DNA of 64,000 nt, taken from positions 672,001 through 736,000 of the forward strand of contig OZ244720.1 in NCBI GenBank assembly GCA_965219085.1, in the 5' to 3' direction. Both the position numbers and the translations under genes were made by a program. A model generated the notes under the pieces. It was not told where the DNA came from. It did not search any database and saw only the letters and a list, made by a program, of their open reading frames with translations. Positions 1-8,864 of the stretch are shown here, piece by piece. Position 1 is the first letter of the stretch. Each line of letters starts with the position of its first letter. This stretch comes from Dehalococcoidia bacterium (GTDB lineage Bacteria > Chloroflexota > Dehalococcoidia > UBA2979).

Positions 1-2
1 AC

Positions 3-3000
3 CGGCCGGTCCCGGCCGACCTGGGCCAGACGCTGCGGGTGCGGCTCGACTACGACGACAACGCCGAGTTCGTCGAGACGCTGACCAGCGCGGCGACGGC
101 GGCGGTGCAAGAGTCCCCCTACGGGGAGATCGTCTGGGCCGCCACGCTCACGGCGGGGCAGGCGGGCACGACCCTCGGCTTCAACAGCACCGGCCCGGTC
201 GGCTCCTTGGAGGCGAAAACGTTCGCGCCCGGCGCCATCACGGTGAGCCAGCTCACCTACGACGGCGGCGCGGGGACGTTCGCCGTCACGGGCTTGGGTT
301 CGGGCGACTACATCCTCTATCTCGGCAGCGGGCCGCAAGGCGCGCACGCGCTGATCGTGGATCCGGCGTCGGACGCCGACGACGTCTTCGACTTCTCCAG
401 CACCGGGCTGAGCTGGAGCGCCGGTCAAGCGGTGGAAGTGCGGCTGACGCTGAACCGCGAGCCCGTGGGCGTGCCCTTGATCAGCGGCGCGGCCGTCGAG
501 GGGACAACCCTGACGGCCGGGATCGAGAACGTCACGGACGCCGACGGCCTGCCCGCCTCCGATCAGTTCCGCTACCAGTGGATCGTGACCGACGGGGGGA
601 CCGAGTCCGAGATCACGGGGGCGACCGGCACGACCTATACGCCGGAGCTGACCGACCTCGGCAAGACCTACACGGTGCGGGTCGACTACACCGACAACGC
701 CAACTTCCCCGAGTCGCTGACCAGCGCGCCCACGGATCCGATCGAGGTACGCGGGCAGGTCATCTGGTCGGCGGAGCTGACCGTCGAGGGCTGGGGCCCG
801 ACAGACTCCAGATCGTCGGGTTTCGATGCATCATCCGCGCCCGTCCGTGGGGCGCTGCAGCCGGAGAGCATCACCTACAACAACGTCACCTACCAGGTCG
901 AATCCCTGTTCTACTTCGGCTTGCGGAACCCGCAGACCGGCAACGTGCTCCGCAAGACGATGTTCTTCTCGACGACCGCCGAGCTGCCGGCGGGCGACTA
1001 TGCCCTCTGGGTGGTGGATGACGACGGCGACGACGATCTGGGCGATCTTCCGTTCATCTTCCCGGCAGCCGATTCGGATGGATTCACTCAGACGCCCACC
1101 GAGCTCGACTGGGAACACGATGACACGGTGGACGTGCGGCTCACGGTCAACCGCCTGCCCGGCGGCGCGCTCACGATCAGCGGCCAGGCCAAGGTGGGCA
1201 CCACGGCGACGGCGGACGTCTCGGGCGTCACCGACGCCGACGGCCTGCCCGCCAGCGGCGAGTTCCAGTACCAGTGGTTCACCGTTGACAGCGGCTCCAA
1301 CACGTTGATCGGCGGTGCGACGGATCAGAACTACACGCCGGTGAGCGCCGATCTCGGGAAGTCGATCAGGGTGCGGCTGCGCTACACCGACGACGCCTTC
1401 TTCACCAACACCGTGTTCAGCGCCGCGGCGGTGGTGGCCTCGGGCACGGGCAACCACCCGCCGCAGTTTTCCACCACCTCCACGTCGCGGCCGTTGACCG
1501 AGAACACGGGGGCGGGCGTGAACGTCGGCGCGGCCGTCAGCGCCAGCGACGCCGACAGCGGCGACAGCCTGACCTACACGCTGGAGGGGACGGACGCCGG
1601 CTCGTTCGACATCGTCTCGACGAGCGGGCAGATCCAGACCAAGACGGGCGTGACCTACGACTTCGAGACGCAGTCGAGCTACTCCGTGACGGTCAAGGCC
1701 GACGACGGCAACGGTGGCACGGACACCGTCGCGGTGACCATCAACGTCGTGAACGTCAACGAGCCGCCGGTGATCAGCGGGGTGTCCAGTGTGAGCTACG
1801 CCGAGGGAGGCACGGCAGAGGTCGCCAGCTACAGCGCGACGGACGAGGAGGGGGCCACGATCACATGGTCGCTCTCGGGCACGGACGCCGGCGACTTCGA
1901 GATCGGCGCCAACAGCGGTGTGCTGACCTTCAAGACCTCGCCGGACCACGACAACCCCGCGGATGGGAACCGCGACAACGACTACGTCATCAGGGTGCAG
2001 GCCTCGGACGGGGCGAACCTGGTTCCGTTCGACGTGACCGTGACCGTCACCGGGGTGGACGAACTCCCGACCATCCCCAGCGGTCCGGCCAGCGTGGACT
2101 ACGCCGAGAACGGCACGGCGGCGGTCGCGACCTACAGCGCGACGGACCCGGAGGGCGACACGATCAGCTGGGCGCTGATAGGCCCCGACGCCGGCGCCTT
2201 CGCGATCGACGCCGGCGGCGTGCTGACGTTCGCCGCTACGCCCGACTACGAGAACCCCAGCGACCAGGGCGGCCAGTCCGGCGACAACGAGTACAGCCTG
2301 CTCGTCGTGGCCTCGGACGCCGGGAACAACACCGCCACGCTGGCCGTGACCGTGACCGTCACGCCCGTGGACGAGACTCCCGTGGTCGGCGGCCAGGCGA
2401 ACGTGAACTACGCAGAGAACGGCACGGCGGCCGTCGCGACCTACAGCGCGGCGGACCCGGAGGGCGACCCGATCACGTGGTCGCTGGCGGGCGCCGACGC
2501 CGGCGCCTTCGAGATCGACGCCACCGGCGTGCTGACGTTCGCCGCCCCGCCCGACTTCGAGAACCCCAGCGACCAGGGCGGCGACAACGAGTACGTCGTG
2601 ACGGTGCAGGCCTTCGACGGGACGAACATGGGCACGCGCGACGTGACCGTGACGGTCACCGACGCCAATGAGGATCCGGTCCTGAGCGGGCCGGCCGGCG
2701 TCGGCCACGACGAGCACGACATGGGCGACGTCGCGGTCTACGACGCGAGCGACCCCGAGGGCGCCATCATCATCTGGACGCTGGCGGGGACGGACAGCGG
2801 GTTCTTCTCCCTCAGCGGCGGCGTGCTGACGTTCAACACGCCGCCCAACTTCGAGCTCCCACAGGACGCGAACTTCAGCAACGACTACGAGATCACGATC
2901 GGGGCCTCCGACGGGGCCAACCCGGTGAGCCGGGCGGTGACCGTCACGGTGGTCGACCTCGAGGAGCCGGGGACGATCAGCCTCTCCTCGCCGCAGCCGC

Positions 3001-5792
3001 AGGTCGGGACCGGGCTGACGTCCACGCTCGATGAGCTCGACGCGATTGTCGGCGCCCCCGCCCGGACGTGGCATCGCTCGCCGGACGGGAGCACCGCCTG
3101 GAGCCTCATCACGGGGGCCACGGCGAGCAGCTACACGCCCGTGCAAGGCGATCTGAACTATTACCTGCGGGTGACGGTGTCGTACACCGACACGCACGGC
3201 CCCAAGACGCTGGAGGCCGTCTCGGCGAACGCGGTGCGGCCGGTGCCGACCGGCGCCAACAGTCGTCCCGAGTTCGACGAGGGCTTCAGCACGACCCGAT
3301 CCGTCGCCGAGAACTCGGCCGGCGACACGCTCATCGGCGACCCGGTGGAAGCTACCGACGCCGACCCCGACGACGTCGACGCACTGACCTACTCGTTCTC
3401 GGTCTCGGACCTCTTCACGGTCGACCCCGCCACGGGGCAGATCTCGGTCGCGGAGGGCGCGGTGCTCGACCACGAGGCGCAGCCTTCGCACACGGTCACG
3501 CTGACCGTCGCTGATCCCGGCCTCCTGGAAGACACCATCGCCGTCACCATCACCATCACCGACGTGAACGAAGCGCCCGTGGCGGTGCGCGACGTCGCCA
3601 CGACCGTCGAGGACACGCCGGTCACGATCGACGTGCTCACCAACGACAGCGACCCCGAGGATGACGCCCTGACCGTCACGGTGAGCACCCCGCCGAGCGA
3701 CGGCCTCGCCGAGGTCGATGCCGCCACCAACGAGATCACCTACAGGCCCAATACCGACTTCGAGGGTACGGACTCGTTCGGCTACCAGGTGACCGACGGC
3801 ATGTTCTTCTCCGCCGAGGCCACGGTCGTCGTGACCGTCACCGCGGTGAACGACGCGCCGGCGTTCCCGGAAGGTTCGGGCGAGCGCGAGGTCTACACGG
3901 GCGCCGCGGTGGACACGAAGGTGGGCGACCCGGTGGAGGCCACCGACCCGGATGTCGGCGACACGCTGACGTACGCACTCTCGGGCATCGACGCGAGCAG
4001 CTTCGAGATCGACGGGGACACGGGCCAGATCACTGTCGGCGCGGACACCGACATCGACCCCGAGGTCCAGGACACCTACGTGGTGACGGTCACCGCCTCC
4101 GACGGCACGCTCATGACGCCGATCGAGGTCACCATCACCGTCACGGAGCGCCCGGCGATCACCACCGGTGGCGGTGGCGGCGGTGGCGGCGGCGGGCCAT
4201 CGCCGAGCGAGTTGGACTTCGAGTGGAACGTGAAGCGCGACCTCGAGGCGCTGGACGGCGGCCACGACACGCCGACCGGCTCCTGGTCCGACGGCACAAC
4301 CCTCTGGGTACTCGAAAACGGCTCCGGCGCCGACGATGCCATCTACGCCTACGACCTGAAGACGGGCGAACGCCTGGAGGAGCGCGAGTTCGAACTCGAC
4401 GAGCGCAACCGTGCGCCGCGCGGCGTCTGGTCCGACGGCACGGTCATCTGGGTCTCCGACAGCGGCCAGGACCGCCTCTTCGCCTACGACCTCGAGACGG
4501 GCGAGCGGCTGCCGGAGCGCGACCTCGAGCTCGATGAGGACAACGGCGCCGCCCGCGGCATCTGGTCCGACGGCGTCACGATGTGGGTGCTCGACAGCCT
4601 CTTCGCCTACGACCTCGGGAGCGGCGAGCTACTCGCCGAGTACGCCCTCGACGACGCTAACGGCGACCCCTACGGGATCTGGTCCGACGGCGTCACCCTC
4701 TGGGTCTCCGACCACGGGGCGAAGCGGCTCTTCGCGTACCGGCTGCCGGAGGCGCCCGGCGGCTCGGTGGCCGACGACGCCGAGGTCACCTCGCTCGTGC
4801 GCATCCGCGAGGAGGAGTTCACGGAGCTGAGCAAGGCCTCCAACAACAGCCCGCGCGGTATCTGGTCGGACGGCGAGGTGATCTACGTGGCCGACGAGAG
4901 CGACGACAAGGTCTACAGCTACAACATGCCCGACGCGATCGACGCGCGCCTCGCCTCGCTCACGCTCAGCGGCATCGAGATCGGGGAGTTCACGGGGGAC
5001 CGCACGGAGTACGAAGGCGTCGCCGCCGAGGGGGTGACGGAGACGACCGTCGAGGCGGAGGCGCTGCAGCGCCGCACGACCGTCCTCATCGAGCCGGCCG
5101 ACGCCGACGGCGACGACACGAACGGCCACCAGCTGGCGCTGGAGGGGGTCACGGAGATCACGGTGACGGTGACCTCGGCGGACGGCAGCCGCACGCGCGT
5201 CTACGGCGTGCGGCTTGAGGGCGGCGCGGCGCAGGAAACGCCCTGGACGCACTGCTTGCGCGGCGACATCGCCGAGGGCTTCAGCCTCGTCGTCTATGAG
5301 GGCGGCAGCGTCGAGGACCTGGCCCTGTGCGCGGAGAGCCGCGATGTCGCGGCCCTCTACGCGCTGCACGGCGGCGTCTACGTCTCGTACATCCTCGGAG
5401 CGCCGGAGTTCGTGAACCAACCGTTCGCCGAGCTGTTCGCCGATGGCGTCCCCCCGGTCATGCCGCTGGTCGCTGGGAGCAGCGGACCGCCATCAGCGGA
5501 CCCGAACCTCGGCGACGGCGCCCTGTTGCCGTGGCCGGAGTGCCTGCGCGGCGAGATCGCCGAGGGCTTCAGCCTCGTCATCTACGAGGGCGGAAGCGTC
5601 GATGATCTCGTGGCCTGCGCGGAGAGCCTGGACGTCACGGCCCTCTACGCCCTGCACGACGACCAGTGGGTCTCCTACATCCTCGGAGCGCCGGAGTTCG
5701 TGAACCGCCCCTTCCGTGAGCTGTTCACTGAGGGCCTGCCCGCCATCGCAGCACTGGTCGCCAGGAGCGAGGGGGCTCCCGCAGCCAACTGA
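3..5792 (+). CDS. Giant secreted/surface protein, 5'-truncated by window edge: Ig-like (AIR9-type) repeats, about 8 cadherin repeats, Big_9, poly-Gly linker, shared constant C-terminal module
   Basis: Frame is open from position 3 (RPVPADLGQTLRVRLDY), so GTG at 39 is not the true start. Cadherin motifs (ATDPEGD..TWSL.G.DA..F.ID, PDFENPSD..DNEY), Big_9 (DVLTNDSDPE..ITYRPNTDFEGTDSF), and the constant C-module from ~4167. Confidence 0.9.
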   Translation, partial: RPVPADLGQTLRVRLDYDDNAEFVETLTSAATAAVQESPYGEIVWAATLTAGQAGTTLGFNSTGPVGSLEAKTFAPGAITVSQLTYDGGAGTFAVTGLGSGDYILYLGSGPQGAHALIVDPASDADDVFDFSSTGLSWSAGQAVEVRLTLNREPVGVPLISGAAVEGTTLTAGIENVTDADGLPASDQFRYQWIVTDGGTESEITGATGTTYTPELTDLGKTYTVRVDYTDNANFPESLTSAPTDPIEVRGQVIWSAELTVEGWGPTDSRSSGFDASSAPVRGALQPESITYNNVTYQVESLFYFGLRNPQTGNVLRKTMFFSTTAELPAGDYALWVVDDDGDDDLGDLPFIFPAADSDGFTQTPTELDWEHDDTVDVRLTVNRLPGGALTISGQAKVGTTATADVSGVTDADGLPASGEFQYQWFTVDSGSNTLIGGATDQNYTPVSADLGKSIRVRLRYTDDAFFTNTVFSAAAVVASGTGNHPPQFSTTSTSRPLTENTGAGVNVGAAVSASDADSGDSLTYTLEGTDAGSFDIVSTSGQIQTKTGVTYDFETQSSYSVTVKADDGNGGTDTVAVTINVVNVNEPPVISGVSSVSYAEGGTAEVASYSATDEEGATITWSLSGTDAGDFEIGANSGVLTFKTSPDHDNPADGNRDNDYVIRVQASDGANLVPFDVTVTVTGVDELPTIPSGPASVDYAENGTAAVATYSATDPEGDTISWALIGPDAGAFAIDAGGVLTFAATPDYENPSDQGGQSGDNEYSLLVVASDAGNNTATLAVTVTVTPVDETPVVGGQANVNYAENGTAAVATYSAADPEGDPITWSLAGADAGAFEIDATGVLTFAAPPDFENPSDQGGDNEYVVTVQAFDGTNMGTRDVTVTVTDANEDPVLSGPAGVGHDEHDMGDVAVYDASDPEGAIIIWTLAGTDSGFFSLSGGVLTFNTPPNFELPQDANFSNDYEITIGASDGANPVSRAVTVTVVDLEEPGTISLSSPQPQVGTGLTSTLDELDAIVGAPARTWHRSPDGSTAWSLITGATASSYTPVQGDLNYYLRVTVSYTDTHGPKTLEAVSANAVRPVPTGANSRPEFDEGFSTTRSVAENSAGDTLIGDPVEATDADPDDVDALTYSFSVSDLFTVDPATGQISVAEGAVLDHEAQPSHTVTLTVADPGLLEDTIAVTITITDVNEAPVAVRDVATTVEDTPVTIDVLTNDSDPEDDALTVTVSTPPSDGLAEVDAATNEITYRPNTDFEGTDSFGYQVTDGMFFSAEATVVVTVTAVNDAPAFPEGSGEREVYTGAAVDTKVGDPVEATDPDVGDTLTYALSGIDASSFEIDGDTGQITVGADTDIDPEVQDTYVVTVTASDGTLMTPIEVTITVTERPAITTGGGGGGGGGGPSPSELDFEWNVKRDLEALDGGHDTPTGSWSDGTTLWVLENGSGADDAIYAYDLKTGERLEEREFELDERNRAPRGVWSDGTVIWVSDSGQDRLFAYDLETGERLPERDLELDEDNGAARGIWSDGVTMWVLDSLFAYDLGSGELLAEYALDDANGDPYGIWSDGVTLWVSDHGAKRLFAYRLPEAPGGSVADDAEVTSLVRIREEEFTELSKASNNSPRGIWSDGEVIYVADESDDKVYSYNMPDAIDARLASLTLSGIEIGEFTGDRTEYEGVAAEGVTETTVEAEALQRRTTVLIEPADADGDDTNGHQLALEGVTEITVTVTSADGSRTRVYGVRLEGGAAQETPWTHCLRGDIAEGFSLVVYEGGSVEDLALCAESRDVAALYALHGGVYVSYILGAPEFVNQPFAELFADGVPPVMPLVAGSSGPPSADPNLGDGALLPWPECLRGEIAEGFSLVIYEGGSVDDLVACAESLDVTALYALHDDQWVSYILGAPEFVNRPFRELFTEGLPAIAALVARSEGAPAAN

Positions 5793-6034
5793 TCTCCCCG
5801 CGCAACCTGCGTCTGCTGGGCGAGACGTGCGTCCGTGCCGTCGGGTTCGTCGGGCTCCGGGCCACGGGCTCGCGCTCCAGCTCGAGGGGCTCCTCGACCG
5901 TCGCGGGCGGGAAGAAGCGCTGCTGCGGACCGGTGCCCAGCTCCGCCAGACGATGCGGGCGGCTGTCCGCGGGCGACCCCGTTGGACGGAGGCCCGGCGA
6001 CGGCCATGCGCAACACACACCAGGAGGGGACACG

Positions 6035-6121
6035 ATGACTCGCACAGCCAGACCCAGGCTCGCCATCCTGTTCGTCGCCCTGGCCGCGCTGCTCGCACTG
6101 TCCCGCAGGACTACAACGTGA
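6035..6121 (+). pseudogene. 28-aa stub of the array signal peptide (MTRTARPRLAILFVALAALLALSRRTTT*) with its conserved upstream leader/RBS
   Basis: 5977-6103 closely matches the leader and start of the genes at 19066 and 32871 (CCCCGTTGGACGGAGGC...GCCATGCGCAACAC.CACCAGGAGG...ACGATG; MAHTARPRLAILFAALAALLALS). It then stops with a TGA overlapping the GTG at 6118. Confidence 0.8.
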
Positions 6122-8055
6122 CGACAAACAGTGAGGGTGAGGTACTGCGAGAGCGCCAGTCCCGATGGCGCGAGGTCACTCTTCGCATCTACCGAAACCT
6201 CGATCTCGATGCTGTTCAGCGCGAGATCGCCTCAGGCGCACGCGTGCTCACAGGCGCCCGGTACAGTGGGATTACGACGCTCGACGACTCAGGGCAGCTG
6301 CAGGACTTCATTATTTCCGGTTTGACCCCAGACGACCGCCGGCGGTTCCTGAGTCAGCCCGGTGTTCAGGCATTCATTGATCACCTGAGCAAGATTTCGG
6401 AACCGGTGCGGGTCGAGGATCTCGGTAGCTACGTCCGCTCGGTCGGCGTGCCCGGCATTCAACTGCCCGCGAGTACCTTTCTGTCCGTACCGATCCATCA
6501 GCAGCGCAAGCCCATCGCCGGCATCCACCTCGCTCGGGAGAGGAGCGGTGACGCGTTCAGTGAGGAAGACGAAGAGAACGTGCGCCTGTTCACCGCGCAT
6601 GCTGCACAGGCCATCGCCAACGCCGCTCGCTTCGCGGCAACCAGCAAGACCCCGCAGGAGGACTTGACACGGCCCGAAGAGGTGGAGCGGCTGCGTGCAC
6701 AGCTCCTCGGCGGGGTCTACTACGACCTGAGCGTCCCGTTGACCTCGATCAAGGGATCCGTCGCCACCTTGCTGGACGGCTTCTCCGCCGACCTGGACCC
6801 TGCCGACATGCTTCCGTTTCTCCGGATTATCGACACGCACGCCAACCACATGCGCGGCCTACTCAGCAACCTGGTCGACAAGCCGGGGACGCTGCCGCTC
6901 TCTGCCGAACGGACGCAGGTGGCCAGCCTGGTGGACGAGGCCAGGACCCTGTTCCTCAGCAGAGGCGTCGGGAACAACATCCGGATCGACCTCGAGCCGG
7001 ACCTGCCCGCGGTCACGGTCGACAGGTGGCGCGTCATCCAGGTGTTGGACATCCTCCTGGTCAAAGCATCCAGGTACTCGCACGATTCGTCGGTCATCCG
7101 CGTGACCGCCGTACGAGACGCCGCTCACGTGACGTTGTCCATCACGAGCGAAGGCGAGGAGCGGGCACGTGACACTGTGCAAGACTCGGGTGGCCTGGCC
7201 TTCTGCAGAGGCGTCGTGGAGGCGCACGGCGGCCGCCTGTCGGCCGGGAGCGCGGGCCCCGGCCGCGGTGTGCAGTTCAGCGTCGTCATCCCCCTGATCG
7301 AGGCGGCCGGGGCGGGCCCCGCCGTAAGCTCCGCCCGGAGTTCTGACCCAGACCCGACGGCGCGCGAGCGAACTCGCATTCTCGTGATAGACAGCAACCC
7401 GCAGACACAGCCGTCCCTTCAGGACACGCTCACGAACGCGGGCTTCATGCCGATCATGACCGCCGAACCGGAGGAAGTTCCTGCTCTATTGAAGACGCAC
7501 GAACCGCACCTGGCATTGCTCGACGTGGTGCTACCCGCGACCGACGGAATCGACCTGATGCAGGAGATCCTCGCGATCGCCCGCATCCCGGTCATCTTCT
7601 TGTCCAGCTACCGCAGAGATCAGATTGTCGCAGAGGCCTTCGAACTGGGCGCCGCCGACTACATCCTCAAGCCCGCCTTGCCGCTCGAGTTGGTGGCGAG
7701 GATCAAGGCGGCGTTGCGCGAGCCCGTGGGGCGCGAGCAGGCCGAGCCGCCCGAACCCTATCTGCTCAAGGACCTCACCATCGACTACGCCCAACGCCGC
7801 GTGACGGTGGCTGGCCGTCCTGTGCGCCTGTCCGCCCTCGAGTACGAATTGCTCTTCGAGCTGAGCTCGCACGCCGGCCTCGTCATGACCCATGCCCAGC
7901 TGCTGAAACGCGTCTGGGCGGAGCGCAATACCCACGACCCGCGGACGGTCCGCACCGCCGTGAGGAGGCTCCGCCGCAAGCTGGGTGACGACGGCAAGAG
8001 CCGAACCTACATCTCGACCGAACCTCAAGTGGGCTACCGTATGGCGAAGCCCTAG
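6118..8055 (+). CDS. Hybrid regulator: GAF, degenerate HisKA/HATPase, receiver, OmpR/PhoB winged-helix DNA-binding domain
   Basis: Part of ORF 5716..8055; GTG at 6118 has AGGA 7 nt upstream. GAF (FLSVPI...IHLA...FSEEDEE), HisKA-like (DLSVPLTSIKGS), HATPase remnant (VEAHGGRL), REC (LALLDVVLP, ADYILKP), Trans_reg_C (LSALEYELLFEL, RTVRTAVRRLRRKLGD, TEPQVGYRM). Confidence 0.88.
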   Translation: MTTNSEGEVLRERQSRWREVTLRIYRNLDLDAVQREIASGARVLTGARYSGITTLDDSGQLQDFIISGLTPDDRRRFLSQPGVQAFIDHLSKISEPVRVEDLGSYVRSVGVPGIQLPASTFLSVPIHQQRKPIAGIHLARERSGDAFSEEDEENVRLFTAHAAQAIANAARFAATSKTPQEDLTRPEEVERLRAQLLGGVYYDLSVPLTSIKGSVATLLDGFSADLDPADMLPFLRIIDTHANHMRGLLSNLVDKPGTLPLSAERTQVASLVDEARTLFLSRGVGNNIRIDLEPDLPAVTVDRWRVIQVLDILLVKASRYSHDSSVIRVTAVRDAAHVTLSITSEGEERARDTVQDSGGLAFCRGVVEAHGGRLSAGSAGPGRGVQFSVVIPLIEAAGAGPAVSSARSSDPDPTARERTRILVIDSNPQTQPSLQDTLTNAGFMPIMTAEPEEVPALLKTHEPHLALLDVVLPATDGIDLMQEILAIARIPVIFLSSYRRDQIVAEAFELGAADYILKPALPLELVARIKAALREPVGREQAEPPEPYLLKDLTIDYAQRRVTVAGRPVRLSALEYELLFELSSHAGLVMTHAQLLKRVWAERNTHDPRTVRTAVRRLRRKLGDDGKSRTYISTEPQVGYRMAKP

Positions 8056-8796
8056 CAGCCCCGCCGGCAACGCAATCGCAGCCAACGCGGGCGCGGCCGG
8101 CCTGCGGTTCCACCAGGGTCTCGAACTCGATGCGGCGCCGGGCGTGGTCACCGCGCTCGTGCAGGATGCAGCTGGACTCGGTTGCGCCCAGGCCCGCGAT
8201 GTCCTGCCGCGACAGGGCCTTGTGGAGGTCCCGTCGGGCGGAGACCGGCCCTGGCCGGCCCGCCTTTCTCCCGACCCGCGTGGGAGTCCATCCCGACTCC
8301 CTCGTCACGGTGCGCTCCGCTGGCCTCGCGCAGCGTGGTGGTGGGCTCATCGAGGCCGGGTTTGGCGCCCCGGCAACGAGGAGGCATGCAGCTGCGGTGG
8401 ATGGACTTGCGAGAGGCGTTGTCACACCTGGCGCCCGCGCTGACCGGTTCCTGCTCCCGCTCCTGATCCAGTCTGAGCGCCCGGCGGCTACGCGGCCTGT
8501 TCCCCCCGGCGTCCAGAGTTCCTCAAACCAGGCTTTCGGCGACCGCTTCGCCGTGGGGCCACTGGGCGGGCGCGGCTCGCCGGGCGCGAGCCGGGCGCTC
8601 GCAAGACCTGAGGCGGGGGCGCGAACTGGCGAGCTGAGCGGCCGCCGTCCAGAGGGCGGGGACGCCGTCCAGAAGCCGTGGCCGGACGACGATCCCGGCC
8701 CCGTCGAGGCATTGGCTGATGCGTGGTCCGGGCGCGTTCGGCTGGGCTGTACGCCCGAGAATCTGACGCAACATTGGTACGCGTCGTGGGCTTGAA

Positions 8797-8829
8797 TGTC
8801 ACACCCGTGCCACATCGGTCGTACACCAT
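8797..8829 (+). promoter_or_regulatory. Candidate OmpR/PhoB-type operator: 11-bp-period direct repeat followed by a -10-like hexamer
   Basis: TGTCACA (8797) and TGCCACA (8808) are 11 bp apart; CACCAT at 8824-8829; upstream of the ATG at 8865. Confidence 0.4.
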
Positions 8830-8864
8830 TGTCCTCTGTCGCAACACGCAGCGGAGGCACGACG

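Noticed and set aside
831-4265. Long antisense ORFs over the giant genes (831..4265, 27556..30390, 43383..46547, 21852..23630 and others)
   Set aside because: Shadow frames expected from high-GC3 coding on the + strand; no motifs, and they fully overlap well-supported genes.
5716-6117. N-terminal 134 aa of the 779-aa ORF
   Set aside because: Overlaps gene 1 and the leader repeat, Arg/Pro-rich non-coding character; GTG 6118 with RBS is the better start.
8056-8790. ORFs 7883..9073, 8130..8795 and 7985..8443 in the gap after the regulator
   Set aside because: No recognisable domains or RBS; a short minus-strand stretch (~8070-8240) may be a gene remnant but could not be identified.
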